The notes beneath the pieces are model-generated. The model worked only from the letters and a program-made list of their open reading frames with translations, did not search any database and had not been told where the DNA came from. A stretch of 64,000 bases of DNA, taken from NCBI GenBank assembly GCA_050954765.1, contig JBPBQJ010000057.1, positions 27,242 through 91,241 on the forward strand. The letters are read 5' to 3'. Both the position numbers and the translations under genes were made by a program. Position 1 is the first letter of the stretch. Each line of letters opens with the position of its first letter. Shown here in pieces: positions 1 through 8,392 of the stretch. This DNA is from Janthinobacterium lividum. GTDB lineage: Bacteria; Bacteroidota; Bacteroidia; Cytophagales; Hymenobacteraceae.

Positions 1-78
1 TAGTAGGGGAGGAGAGGCTACAAAAGTCCCCGGCCTACGCCACGCGTTAAAGTCTTTTAGGCAAACTCCAGTCCTTTC

Positions 79-143
79 TCGACTACCAGCTCGACCCGTA
101 AAATCCTCGCCTTTTTTTCGACCAACGCCCTCGGATTCTCGAC
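79..143. promoter_or_regulatory. Cluster of TCGAC direct repeats, possible LytTR binding sites
   Basis: TCGAC at 79, 91, 118 and 139 (last pair 21 bp apart) upstream of the LytS/LytTR operon. Confidence 0.35.
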
Positions 144-201
144 AGCGGGGCTAGGCCCGTGGAGTGCTTGCGTCGTTCCTTCGGGGCTTTAATTCTCCCC
201 C

Positions 202-1335
202 GTGACTATCCGCCAGCTACTCGATTATTACCAGCGCCAGCCGTGGTTGCGCGTAGCTGCCCACGGGCTGCTGTGGCTGCTACTATGGGTTTCGACGGAA
301 GACCCCGACCAGCCTACGTCAATCCTGGCCCGGCTGTTGGAACTGACTTACGCGATGGCCAGCTTTTACCTGCTGTTTTATGGTCCAGTGCCGCGCTGGT
401 GGGCCCGGGGACAGGTTGTTGGCCCGCTGGTGATAGCAGTGGCTTTGGTGTTGAGCAGCGGTGCGGTGATTTACGGAGAGTATCAGCTCGACAACCCACA
501 TTCTACCTACGACTTTTTGCCGGCCTTCGAAACCTACGGGGTGCTGGCCATCTTCCTCTCCAGCCGGTATTTTTTTTACGCCTTCTACAACGGGCTGATA
601 CTCAATTTAGCGGCCCCTAGCGTGCTCAAGCTGACTAAAACCCTGTACGAGCGCCAGCTCACCCGCCAGCAAACCGAGCAGCTTACCCGCCACCTCCAGC
701 TCGACGCGCTGCTGAGCCAGGTCAGCCCGCACTTTTTGTTTAATACGCTCAACAATCTCTATAGCTTGCTGCTGCACGCTGATGCGCGGGCTCCCGCCAT
801 TACCCGGCAACTGGCAGCCCTGCTTCGCTATACCGACGAGCTAGCCGGGCAGCCCTGGGTGACGCTGGCGGCTGAGACCGACTTCATTGAGGGTTTTCTG
901 GCGCTCGTCCGCCTGCGCTACGGAGCGGAGGTGCGTCTCGAAAGTCACTGGCAGCTAGGCGTGGCCGGCGCCCAGCGTATTCCGCCACTGCTGCTGCTGC
1001 CGCTGGTAGAGAACGCTGTCAAGCACGGCCTGAGCCAGAGCTTAGGTGAGGCCTGGCTCTGCCTGCGAGCCGAAGTGCAGGCTAGTGAGGTGGTTGTAAC
1101 GGTGGCCAACAGTCGCGTTGAACCGCTAGCCACGCCGGCCGCACCCGGTCGTGGCCTGGGCCTCTCGACCCTGCGGGAGCGGCTAGCTTTGCTTTACCCT
1201 GGCGCTACCCCGCTGCACCTCGAAGCCACGGCTACAACATTCCAGGCTACGTTGCGGCTGCCGTTGCGAGTTGCTGCTGGCTTGGTCCACTCTTTACCGG
1301 CAATCGCCCCCTTAGCGGTGCCTGAGCCGGCATGA
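202..1335 (+). CDS. LytS/YehU-family membrane sensor histidine kinase
   Basis: N-terminal TM helices; SQVSPHFLFNTLNNLY H-box; LVENAVKHG and GLGL ATPase motifs. Confidence 0.9.
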   Translation: MTIRQLLDYYQRQPWLRVAAHGLLWLLLWVSTEDPDQPTSILARLLELTYAMASFYLLFYGPVPRWWARGQVVGPLVIAVALVLSSGAVIYGEYQLDNPHSTYDFLPAFETYGVLAIFLSSRYFFYAFYNGLILNLAAPSVLKLTKTLYERQLTRQQTEQLTRHLQLDALLSQVSPHFLFNTLNNLYSLLLHADARAPAITRQLAALLRYTDELAGQPWVTLAAETDFIEGFLALVRLRYGAEVRLESHWQLGVAGAQRIPPLLLLPLVENAVKHGLSQSLGEAWLCLRAEVQASEVVVTVANSRVEPLATPAAPGRGLGLSTLRERLALLYPGATPLHLEATATTFQATLRLPLRVAAGLVHSLPAIAPLAVPEPA

Positions 1336-2408
1336 GGGCGCGCCCGTTGGCCCGTTGGTGGGCATGGGGCGGCGCTGTGCTGCTCTGGGTAGCATTCTAC
1401 CTCACGGTACACTTCAACGTCAATGACGAGCAGTATTCCTTCTGGCTGCCGATGAAGTTCATCGTGGCCGCGCCCCAGGTGGGGTTTTCTATAGCGGCGG
1501 TATATGGGTTTGGGTGGTTATTCGCCCGGCCGCTGGACGTGCCAGTGAGCCGGGTACTGCTGTACCTGCTGGCGAGCTTCGTGCTCCTACACATTGTGTA
1601 CTACTATGCCCTAGCGGCGGCCCAGCCCTTCGCGCCCGACCTTTCCGTTACGCACCGGCGCTGGGCGGGCTTTATGGCGGGCCAGGGACCTTTTTATTTT
1701 CTGCGAAACTTCCATTACCTGCTCACCGTCAGCTCCTACTTGCTTTTCTCTCAATTGTGCGTGCCGCTAGGGGTGAAGATGCTGGTCGATGCCCGGCGCG
1801 AAAACCAGCGTTTGGCCGCTGCTCGCCAGCAGCAGGCAGCCTGGGAGCTAGCCGGCGTACGTACACGCCTCAACCCGGTCTTTTTGCAGCAAATGCTGGC
1901 GCACCTTCCTACTCTGTTGGCAGTGGGGGAGCAGGCCACTGCTGCCGAAGCCACGCTCCAGCTGGCCCGGGTGTTGCGCTACACCCTCTACGAGGCTCGC
2001 ACTCCCTACGTCCCGCTTCGACCTGAGCTGGATGCCCTACTCGACTACGTGCAGCTGCAAGAACTGCGTCTACACGAGCAGGTGGAGGTATCGCTGCACC
2101 TGACGGTAGCGCACGCCGAGCACCAGCAGGTGCTAAGCGGGCTACTACTGCCTCTCACCGAGCAGTGGCTAATGCTGGCCACCACCCTGTTGGAAATCGA
2201 CTTGCGGGTGCACGAGGCTACGCTCACCCTCGTGCTACAGGCTGTAGGGACCCCTAGCCCGGCCCAAGCCGTGCCAACTGCCGTGTTGACCCGCCTGGCC
2301 CACTATGCGCCAGCTCACCAGCTTACTACCCACCACACGGCTGTCGCGCATACCCTCACGTTGCAGTTGCCTTTGCGTTCAGCCGTCGCGCCGGGGCCTA
2401 GCCATTAA
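1332..2408 (+). CDS. Second, degenerate LytS-family histidine kinase-like membrane protein
   Basis: TM N-terminus; RLNPVFLQQML in place of the NPHFLFN H-box (no His); LRYTLYE motif; ATPase motifs eroded; 4-nt overlap with upstream gene. Confidence 0.75.
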   Translation: MRARPLARWWAWGGAVLLWVAFYLTVHFNVNDEQYSFWLPMKFIVAAPQVGFSIAAVYGFGWLFARPLDVPVSRVLLYLLASFVLLHIVYYYALAAAQPFAPDLSVTHRRWAGFMAGQGPFYFLRNFHYLLTVSSYLLFSQLCVPLGVKMLVDARRENQRLAAARQQQAAWELAGVRTRLNPVFLQQMLAHLPTLLAVGEQATAAEATLQLARVLRYTLYEARTPYVPLRPELDALLDYVQLQELRLHEQVEVSLHLTVAHAEHQQVLSGLLLPLTEQWLMLATTLLEIDLRVHEATLTLVLQAVGTPSPAQAVPTAVLTRLAHYAPAHQLTTHHTAVAHTLTLQLPLRSAVAPGPSH

Positions 2409-2414
2409 TTCCTT

Positions 2415-3188
2415 ATGCTCCTTATTCGCTGCCTGCTGCTCGACGACGAACCCCTTGCCCGACAAGTGCTGCGCACCTATGCTGAGCGCCTACCCTTCTT
2501 ACAGGTGGTAGGTGAGTGCAGCAACGCACTGGAAGCCTATGAGTTGCTACGTCAGCAGGAGGTGGAGTTGATTTTCTGCGACATCGAAATGCCCCAGATT
2601 TCCGGTCTGGATTTTCTGCGGGCCCTGCCTCGCCGCCCGCTGGTGATACTAAGTACGGCCTATGAGCAGTACGCCCTGGCCGGCTTCGAGTTAGACGTGG
2701 TAGATTACCTGCTCAAACCTGTGGCTTTCGACCGCTTCTGGCGCGCCCTGGAAAAAGTGAAGGACCAGTTGGCGCTGCAACAATGGAAAGGGCTCCCTCC
2801 CGTACCCCCGGTAATGCCAGTCCCGCCCGAAGGGCTTCCCGCTACGCCAACTTCTGTAGCTCAAGACTTTATTATGGTGAAAGAGAACGGGAGCTTGGTA
2901 AAAGTGCCGCTGGTCAGTATTCACTACGTGGAGGGAATGAAGGATTACGTGAAGGTTTTCACGGGCGAGCGGCGACTCGTCATCTACCTCACCCTTAAGA
3001 AGATGGAAGAGGCGCTGCCTATTGACCAGTTTACACGGGTGCATAAGTCTTACCTGGTCCGCAACGCAGGTATTCAGGCGTTACAGGGTAACATGCTGGA
3101 GCTAGCCGTAGGGGTGCAGGTACCGGTAGGAATGCAATACCGTGAAGCGCTGCTACGGGTGCTGCACGTGCACGTGGTGCGGCGGTGA
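2415..3188 (+). CDS. LytTR-family response regulator
   Basis: REC domain (DDE, DIEMP, YLLKP) plus LytTR domain (FTRVHKSYLV). Confidence 0.93.
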   Translation: MLLIRCLLLDDEPLARQVLRTYAERLPFLQVVGECSNALEAYELLRQQEVELIFCDIEMPQISGLDFLRALPRRPLVILSTAYEQYALAGFELDVVDYLLKPVAFDRFWRALEKVKDQLALQQWKGLPPVPPVMPVPPEGLPATPTSVAQDFIMVKENGSLVKVPLVSIHYVEGMKDYVKVFTGERRLVIYLTLKKMEEALPIDQFTRVHKSYLVRNAGIQALQGNMLELAVGVQVPVGMQYREALLRVLHVHVVRR

Positions 3189-3444
3189 GGCAAACACTGG
3201 TGCTTAGTCGGTACCAAGCCTGGCACGCAGCAGGGCCAACAACTGCGGCAGAATGGCATTGGTGTGAGTGGCCACCTGCTGGGGGTAGGCACCACCTCAA
3301 TGTTGGGCCGCACGCCGCGCCCCAATTGTGGATGGTGACAGGCGCTCAGCATTCGAACGTGCGGCAGCTGCAGCACAAGATGCGTAGCGGGTAGCTCCAA
3401 CTCCGAGATGGTGCCGCTGCTGCCCACTGGGCTCGTTCGCACGG

Positions 3445-3900
3445 CCGCTTAGTAAGCCCCTCCTGCAAATCGAGTAGGTGGCGTTTGACCTGAGCCAGCA
3501 GCTCGGCGGGTACGAGAATCTGGACGCCGTGGCGGGTGAAGAGGTAACGCACCAGGACGGTGAGCTCGCGCAGCTCGTCTTGCAGTTGGGCGCGGGATTG
3601 CTCCCACTGTTCGGCGCTGCCCGGGGCTGGGCCAGGCAGGTGAGGCGCCGGGCAATGGCCTAGCTGACCAGGGCGGCCAGCAGGTCGAGCACCCGTTGCT
3701 CGGCGGCGGTGAAAGTGCGCGGGCGGCGGTCGAGGAGGCAGCGCGTGCCCAGGGGGCGCTGGTCGGGCAGGCGCAGCAGCGACCCGCCGTAGAAGCGCAG
3801 CTCGTTGGCTTCGGCGGCGTGCAGGGCCTTAGCGCGGCAGTACCCTGCCAGGCCTGCAAAGAGCGCTACGATGACAAGCAGAGGATACGTTGGGACCCCG
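3445..3900 (-). pseudogene. GAF-domain protein remnant
   Basis: Minus strand reads ELRFYGGSLLRLPDQRPLGTRCLLDRRPRTFTAAEQRVLDLLAALVS* (GAF signature), then a frameshifted tail; in-frame TAG near 3660; ends approximate. Confidence 0.65.
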
Positions 3901-3975
3901 TGAAGATGCGCCTGGGGTAAAACGCCGAGGCAGCGTGGCCCGTACTACCCCGAACCTTCCGTCTAACTCCTTCCC

Positions 3976-4734
3976 ATGCCTGCCCTCCTTGGCACCCTGC
4001 GCACGGGCACCAGCGGCATCGTCGTGCCCGGCCCCAAGGCCACCTTTCCGGAGGCCTACCAGGCCACGAGCCGCCTCACCTACTATGCCACCCTGTTTAA
4101 CTCGGTGGAGATTAACAGCACCTTCTACCGCATACCCCAGCCCAAAACGTTTGCGGCCTGGGCCGCTGAAACCGGCCCGGAGTTTGATTTTACCCTCAAG
4201 CTTTGGCGCGATATTACGCATACCAAGACGCTTGCCGAGGACCTCTCCGGCCTTGTCCGCTTTCTGGAGGCAGCGCGGGAGTTGGGCACCAAAAAGGGCT
4301 GCCTGCTCCTTCAGTTCCCGCCCAGTAACACCATTCGCCAGCTACACGCGGTCAGTGCCCTCTTGACTGCGCTGGCCGCGGCAGACCCTGCCCACGCGTG
4401 GCGCAAAGCGGTGGAGTTTCGTCACGCAAGCTGGTATGCCGAGGATACGTTTGAGATGCTGGACCACCACGGCGCCACCCTGGTGCTGCACGACAAAGGT
4501 CCCGCCCGAAACGGCCGGCTCAACGAGGGGGCAGACTTTGTCTATCTGCGCTTCCACGGCCCGCAGGGAAATTACCGCGAGTCCTACGAGCGCGACTTTC
4601 TGCACGACCAGGCCGAGCAGATATACGAGTACCTCCAAGAGGGGAAAGACGTGTATGCCTATTTCAACAATACCATGGGCGCTGCTTTTGACAATGCCCA
4701 AGACCTGTACCGGCTGGTAGCGGAGCGGGCCTGA
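3976..4734 (+). CDS. DUF72 family protein
   Basis: GTSG, VEINSTFY, LLQFPPS, VEFRHASW and YLRFHG motifs. Confidence 0.9.
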   Translation: MPALLGTLRTGTSGIVVPGPKATFPEAYQATSRLTYYATLFNSVEINSTFYRIPQPKTFAAWAAETGPEFDFTLKLWRDITHTKTLAEDLSGLVRFLEAARELGTKKGCLLLQFPPSNTIRQLHAVSALLTALAAADPAHAWRKAVEFRHASWYAEDTFEMLDHHGATLVLHDKGPARNGRLNEGADFVYLRFHGPQGNYRESYERDFLHDQAEQIYEYLQEGKDVYAYFNNTMGAAFDNAQDLYRLVAERA

Positions 4735-4890
4735 GCCTTACGACGCGCGTCTGGGGCAGGGTAGCGCTGGTTTCCAGGGCCAGGTCGTGGTAAACCACGG
4801 CGCGGGCCTGTCTGGATAAACTCTCCTTTTCGTGAACACCGGGCAATTAGGCGGTATTAAACGCCAATAAGCCGCTAGAAGGCCGGGAGA

Positions 4891-5066
4891 GTTTACGAAA
4901 CCCGTCTACGAATTAAAGTTTACGAAACGCGCCGAGGGGATGAGTTTCGTAAACGCCTAAACGGGTGCCTGGTCCCCCGCCAAAGTGCTACGCCGAACGC
5001 GCCCCAGAGGGGAGCCCAAACCAGTGAGATTACGGGAAGTGTCCGACAATACCCATTATGTGAGAG
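4891..5066. repeat. Orphan res-like site (resolvase-type subsites)
   Basis: GTTTACGAAAC at 4891 and 4918, inverted copy at 4944-4954; GTCCGACAATACCCATTATGT at ~5041. Confidence 0.45.
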
Positions 5067-5176
5067 GACGGAAAGTGGAAAGTCTAGTTAATTTAAACTT
5101 ACCTCACTTCCATCTTTTGTGCAATCACACACTATTTACTTGCCGGTTCTACAAGATAGCAGTGAGAAGTAACGAT

Positions 5177-6823
5177 TCAGTCTAACCGCTTGGCTTGCTG
5201 CTGCCCATTCTGAATTTTCGTCAGGCCCGTAATGCGACCCGTTTTAGCCGTTTGAAACAGGAGCTGTAAATCGACGGTGCGTGCAAAGAATTTCCCGGCT
5301 TGGTAGGGAACAAGTTCTACTTTGCGTCCAAATGCTTCCCCATACAGCGTCAAGCCTTCTCGACGAACCGCGAGAATAAAGTCCGGGGTGAATTGGTAGT
5401 GGCCCACGTAGCGGTCTAGCGTAGCCGCAGCTACCTGGATAGGGGGCGGATTTAATAGGTGCTCCTGCGTCCGCTGCCAATTGGTAGTACCGGTGGGGCT
5501 GGTGGCGGTAAACCCGATGACAGCACCGTTTTTATCGCGGTTGATAGCGAGCAGTGTCAACGTCTGCGGCTCGTAGAATTTATCCAGTGCATAGGCCAGC
5601 AATGGCGCTTTGTCGCCCCCGCGTGGCATGAAGAGCAACTGGCCGGCTTCCCAGCTAATCTTGCGTTGGCCGGCCCCGTCCGCTTGGTAAATCCCGGCAT
5701 AGCCTTGCTGCTGGCGAGCGGTGAGGGAGAGCGTCGTGTGCGGATAGGGCTTCCCGATGGCCTGAGCGGCCAGCAGAAACGCCGTGCGCTCGGGGTCCGG
5801 TGCCGGATTGCAATTAGTCAACAGGCTGACGAACAGTTGCTGCTGCGGCAGATAGAGCACGTAGGTGAGAAAGCCGTTGATGCGGCCGACGTGTTTGACG
5901 ACCGGACTACCTTGGAGGGTGCCTACCTCCCATCCGTAGCCGTAGGCCGTGTACTTCCCGTTCGCCAAGCGATAGGGAGTTTGGGCCTGGGCTAGACTCG
6001 CCGCCCGCACGACCCGGCCCTGGCGCAAGGCCTCGTACCAGCGTAACAGGTCGTCTCCATTGCTCAGCAACGAGCCGGCCGCATACGGCAGACTCATGCT
6101 TAACGCGGCCGCGTTCTCGTACCCGGCCGGACCGGGTTGATAGCCGGCGGCCCGCTCGGAAACCACCTGTTCGGGGTGGTCGTAACCGGTATAGGTCATG
6201 CCCAGCGGCGTAAAGAAGGTATCCTGTAGGTAACGCTCGTACGATTTACCGGACACCACTTCGATGAGGTAGCCCAGCAGTACGTAGCCCGAATTACTAT
6301 AGCGAAACTGGGTGCCGGGCACAAAGTCCAGGGGTTGCGCTTCGATGAGAGTGACGAGTTGGCGCGGCGTAAGGTCCTGCCGCTGAAACTGCGGGGTAAA
6401 GGTGGGCTGGTGCGTGTAGTCGGGGATGCCCGCGGTGTGCGTTAAGACTTGCTCGATGGTGAGCGAATGCCCCTGGGTCGGGTAGTCGGGCAAGTAACGG
6501 GTCAGTTCGTCGTGCACCGAGAGCTTCCCTTCTTCGGCCAGCTTGAGGATGGCGCACGCGGTAAACTGTTTGGTCAGCGAGCCCAGCCGAAACCGGTACT
6601 CAGGCGTTAGGGCCACGTGCCGTTCCAAATCCGCTTGCCCAAAGGCACGGCGGTAGAGCACGTGGCCGGCTTGCGCGACCAGGACGGCCGCGCCAGGACC
6701 AGTAGCGGGAAACTGCTGGGTCAAGAGCGAGTCCCACGCCGGGATGAACTGCTGCGCCCATCCCAGGTGTGCTTGACTAAGTAAGCAGAACAGCAGCAAG
6801 TGAACGTGCCAAGTACGTTTCAT
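5177..6823 (-). CDS. Serine hydrolase, beta-lactamase/AmpC-like family, with C-terminal DUF3471-like domains
   Basis: Signal peptide; GSLTK (SxxK), YSN, KHVG motifs. Confidence 0.85.
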   Translation of the reverse strand: MKRTWHVHLLLFCLLSQAHLGWAQQFIPAWDSLLTQQFPATGPGAAVLVAQAGHVLYRRAFGQADLERHVALTPEYRFRLGSLTKQFTACAILKLAEEGKLSVHDELTRYLPDYPTQGHSLTIEQVLTHTAGIPDYTHQPTFTPQFQRQDLTPRQLVTLIEAQPLDFVPGTQFRYSNSGYVLLGYLIEVVSGKSYERYLQDTFFTPLGMTYTGYDHPEQVVSERAAGYQPGPAGYENAAALSMSLPYAAGSLLSNGDDLLRWYEALRQGRVVRAASLAQAQTPYRLANGKYTAYGYGWEVGTLQGSPVVKHVGRINGFLTYVLYLPQQQLFVSLLTNCNPAPDPERTAFLLAAQAIGKPYPHTTLSLTARQQQGYAGIYQADGAGQRKISWEAGQLLFMPRGGDKAPLLAYALDKFYEPQTLTLLAINRDKNGAVIGFTATSPTGTTNWQRTQEHLLNPPPIQVAAATLDRYVGHYQFTPDFILAVRREGLTLYGEAFGRKVELVPYQAGKFFARTVDLQLLFQTAKTGRITGLTKIQNGQQQAKRLD

Positions 6824-6862
6824 GGGGAGGTAGGTGAAGAAGCGGCGAAAGCAAGTGGTGCG

Positions 6863-7210
6863 CTACGCGCGGGGGGGAAGGGTTCGCAGGACGTAATATG
6901 CCACGACCAAACTCACCCCTAGAAAGAAGAAGATGGTCACCGGGTAAGCATATTCTTGGCTATTGGCCAGGGGCAAAGCGCGCAGGAAGGCTCCCGCTGC
7001 GATGCCGGCGGCCAGGCCCAGGCAGAGAATACCCAATAGCAGCAGCAAGGATAGGTAGGCACCCGGCCGGTGAAAGGCGGTAGGAGACAGCCCTTTCTCC
7101 AGCAGCGCTAGGCGCTCTTTGTGGCGCGTCGTGAGGTAGTAGTAGCTGGTGCCAAATAGGACCAAGGCGAGAGCCAGGGTCATGAACACGGCGGCGGAGG
7201 TGGCTTCCAT
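6863..7210 (-). CDS. Small membrane protein (DUF6249-like)
   Basis: Three hydrophobic helices; RHKERLALLEKG motif; divergent from ECF sigma. Confidence 0.7.
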   Translation of the reverse strand: MEATSAAVFMTLALALVLFGTSYYYLTTRHKERLALLEKGLSPTAFHRPGAYLSLLLLLGILCLGLAAGIAAGAFLRALPLANSQEYAYPVTIFFFLGVSLVVAYYVLRTLPPRA

Positions 7211-7230
7211 GGGTTGAGGTGTAGTTTTCC

Positions 7231-7295
7231 CTTAGACTACCAAACGCGCCAAGTGGTCACATCATGTGACCACTTGGCGCGTTTGGTAGTCTAAG
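7231..7295. promoter_or_regulatory. Perfect 32-bp inverted repeat, probably back-to-back ECF promoters
   Basis: CTTAGACTACCAAACGCGCCAAGTGGTCACAT-c-ATGTGACCACTTGGCGCGTTTGGTAGTCTAAG; each arm reads TGTGACC...GTCTAA outward. Confidence 0.7.
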
Positions 7296-7302
7296 CCAGT
7301 AC

Positions 7303-7887
7303 ATGGGTTTATTTTACACGCCATCCGCCGAAGACCAGCTCTTGCAGCAAGCCATTCAGGGCGAGCGGCGGGCATTGGAACACTTGGTGCAGACCCACCA
7401 AGCCATGGCGTACACGGTGGCCCTGCGGGTGGTGGGCAATCAGCAGGATGCGGAGGAAGTAGTGCAGGACGCCTTCTTGAAAGCGTTTGGGTCCCTGGCA
7501 CAGTTTCAACGCGCCGCGAAGTTTTCGACGTGGCTCTACCGTATCGTGTACAATACAGCCTTGACGAGCCAGCGCAATCGCCCAGCCGTAGCCAGCGACT
7601 TAGGGGAATCGCTGCTTAGCCAAGAGAGCACGCACCAGGAGCCGAGCGGCTGGGAAGAGCTGGAACAAGCGGACCGCCAAAAATATGTCACCTTAGCCTT
7701 GAGTCGCTTGCCAGCGGACGATGCGTTGGTGCTCACGCTACACTACTTAGGCGAGAAAAGCATCGCCGAAATTTGCACCATCTTGGGGAAGAAAACATCG
7801 GCCGTTAAAATGCAATTATTACGCGGGCGGCAACAAGTAGCCCAAGCGTTGCGCCAGTTGTTGCCTACTGAACTTCGGAATCTATGA
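7303..7887 (+). CDS. ECF RNA polymerase sigma-70 factor
   Basis: DAEEVVQDAFLKAF and FSTWLYRIVYN (region 2); region 4 HTH. Confidence 0.93.
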   Translation: MGLFYTPSAEDQLLQQAIQGERRALEHLVQTHQAMAYTVALRVVGNQQDAEEVVQDAFLKAFGSLAQFQRAAKFSTWLYRIVYNTALTSQRNRPAVASDLGESLLSQESTHQEPSGWEELEQADRQKYVTLALSRLPADDALVLTLHYLGEKSIAEICTILGKKTSAVKMQLLRGRQQVAQALRQLLPTELRNL

Positions 7888-8249
7888 CGAGCAAGCGCCC
7901 CACTCCCCCGGAAGAAGCGATAAAAACGCTCCTGCAAGAACACGGCTTGCAGCAACCGTCCGCGCAGTTCTCCGCCGCGTTAACGCAGCTGGTGGTAGCG
8001 CACTATTCGCCGCCGGCGGTCGACACGTATCCGGCGGGGGCTTGGGTAGGAAAAGTCATCCTGTGGGGACTCGCTGGCACCCTCTTGCTCCTGCTGGTGG
8101 TTTTTGCTTCGCCCACGCTCCTGTTATCCGTGGCGGGCATGTCAGTGGGTGCGTTGGGGGTAGGACTCGGCGCGCTCATCTGGTTGCTGAAGCAGTCAGA
8201 TGCTACTCAACAACCGTTCACGTTAGGGGCTAAGAGTAACCTTTCCTAA
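7884..8249 (+). CDS. Putative membrane anti-sigma factor
   Basis: ATGA-coupled to sigma; PSAQFS motif; two TM helices. Confidence 0.7.
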   Translation: MTSKRPTPPEEAIKTLLQEHGLQQPSAQFSAALTQLVVAHYSPPAVDTYPAGAWVGKVILWGLAGTLLLLLVVFASPTLLLSVAGMSVGALGVGLGALIWLLKQSDATQQPFTLGAKSNLS

Positions 8250-8392
8250 AGCCAGTACTAAGACGAGCGTTTTTAGCAGCCAGGCAGGAAGTGAGCGTGA
8301 GCGCTGCGCATCTGGCCTTTATTAAAAGGTTGGTCCAAATGTCGCATTTGCCAACCCGTCATACGAGCAATTACTCCACAAATGGTAGAGGC

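Noticed and set aside
5177-6823. True beta-lactam resistance gene
   Set aside because: Motifs are shared by many peptidases and esterases; activity cannot be inferred
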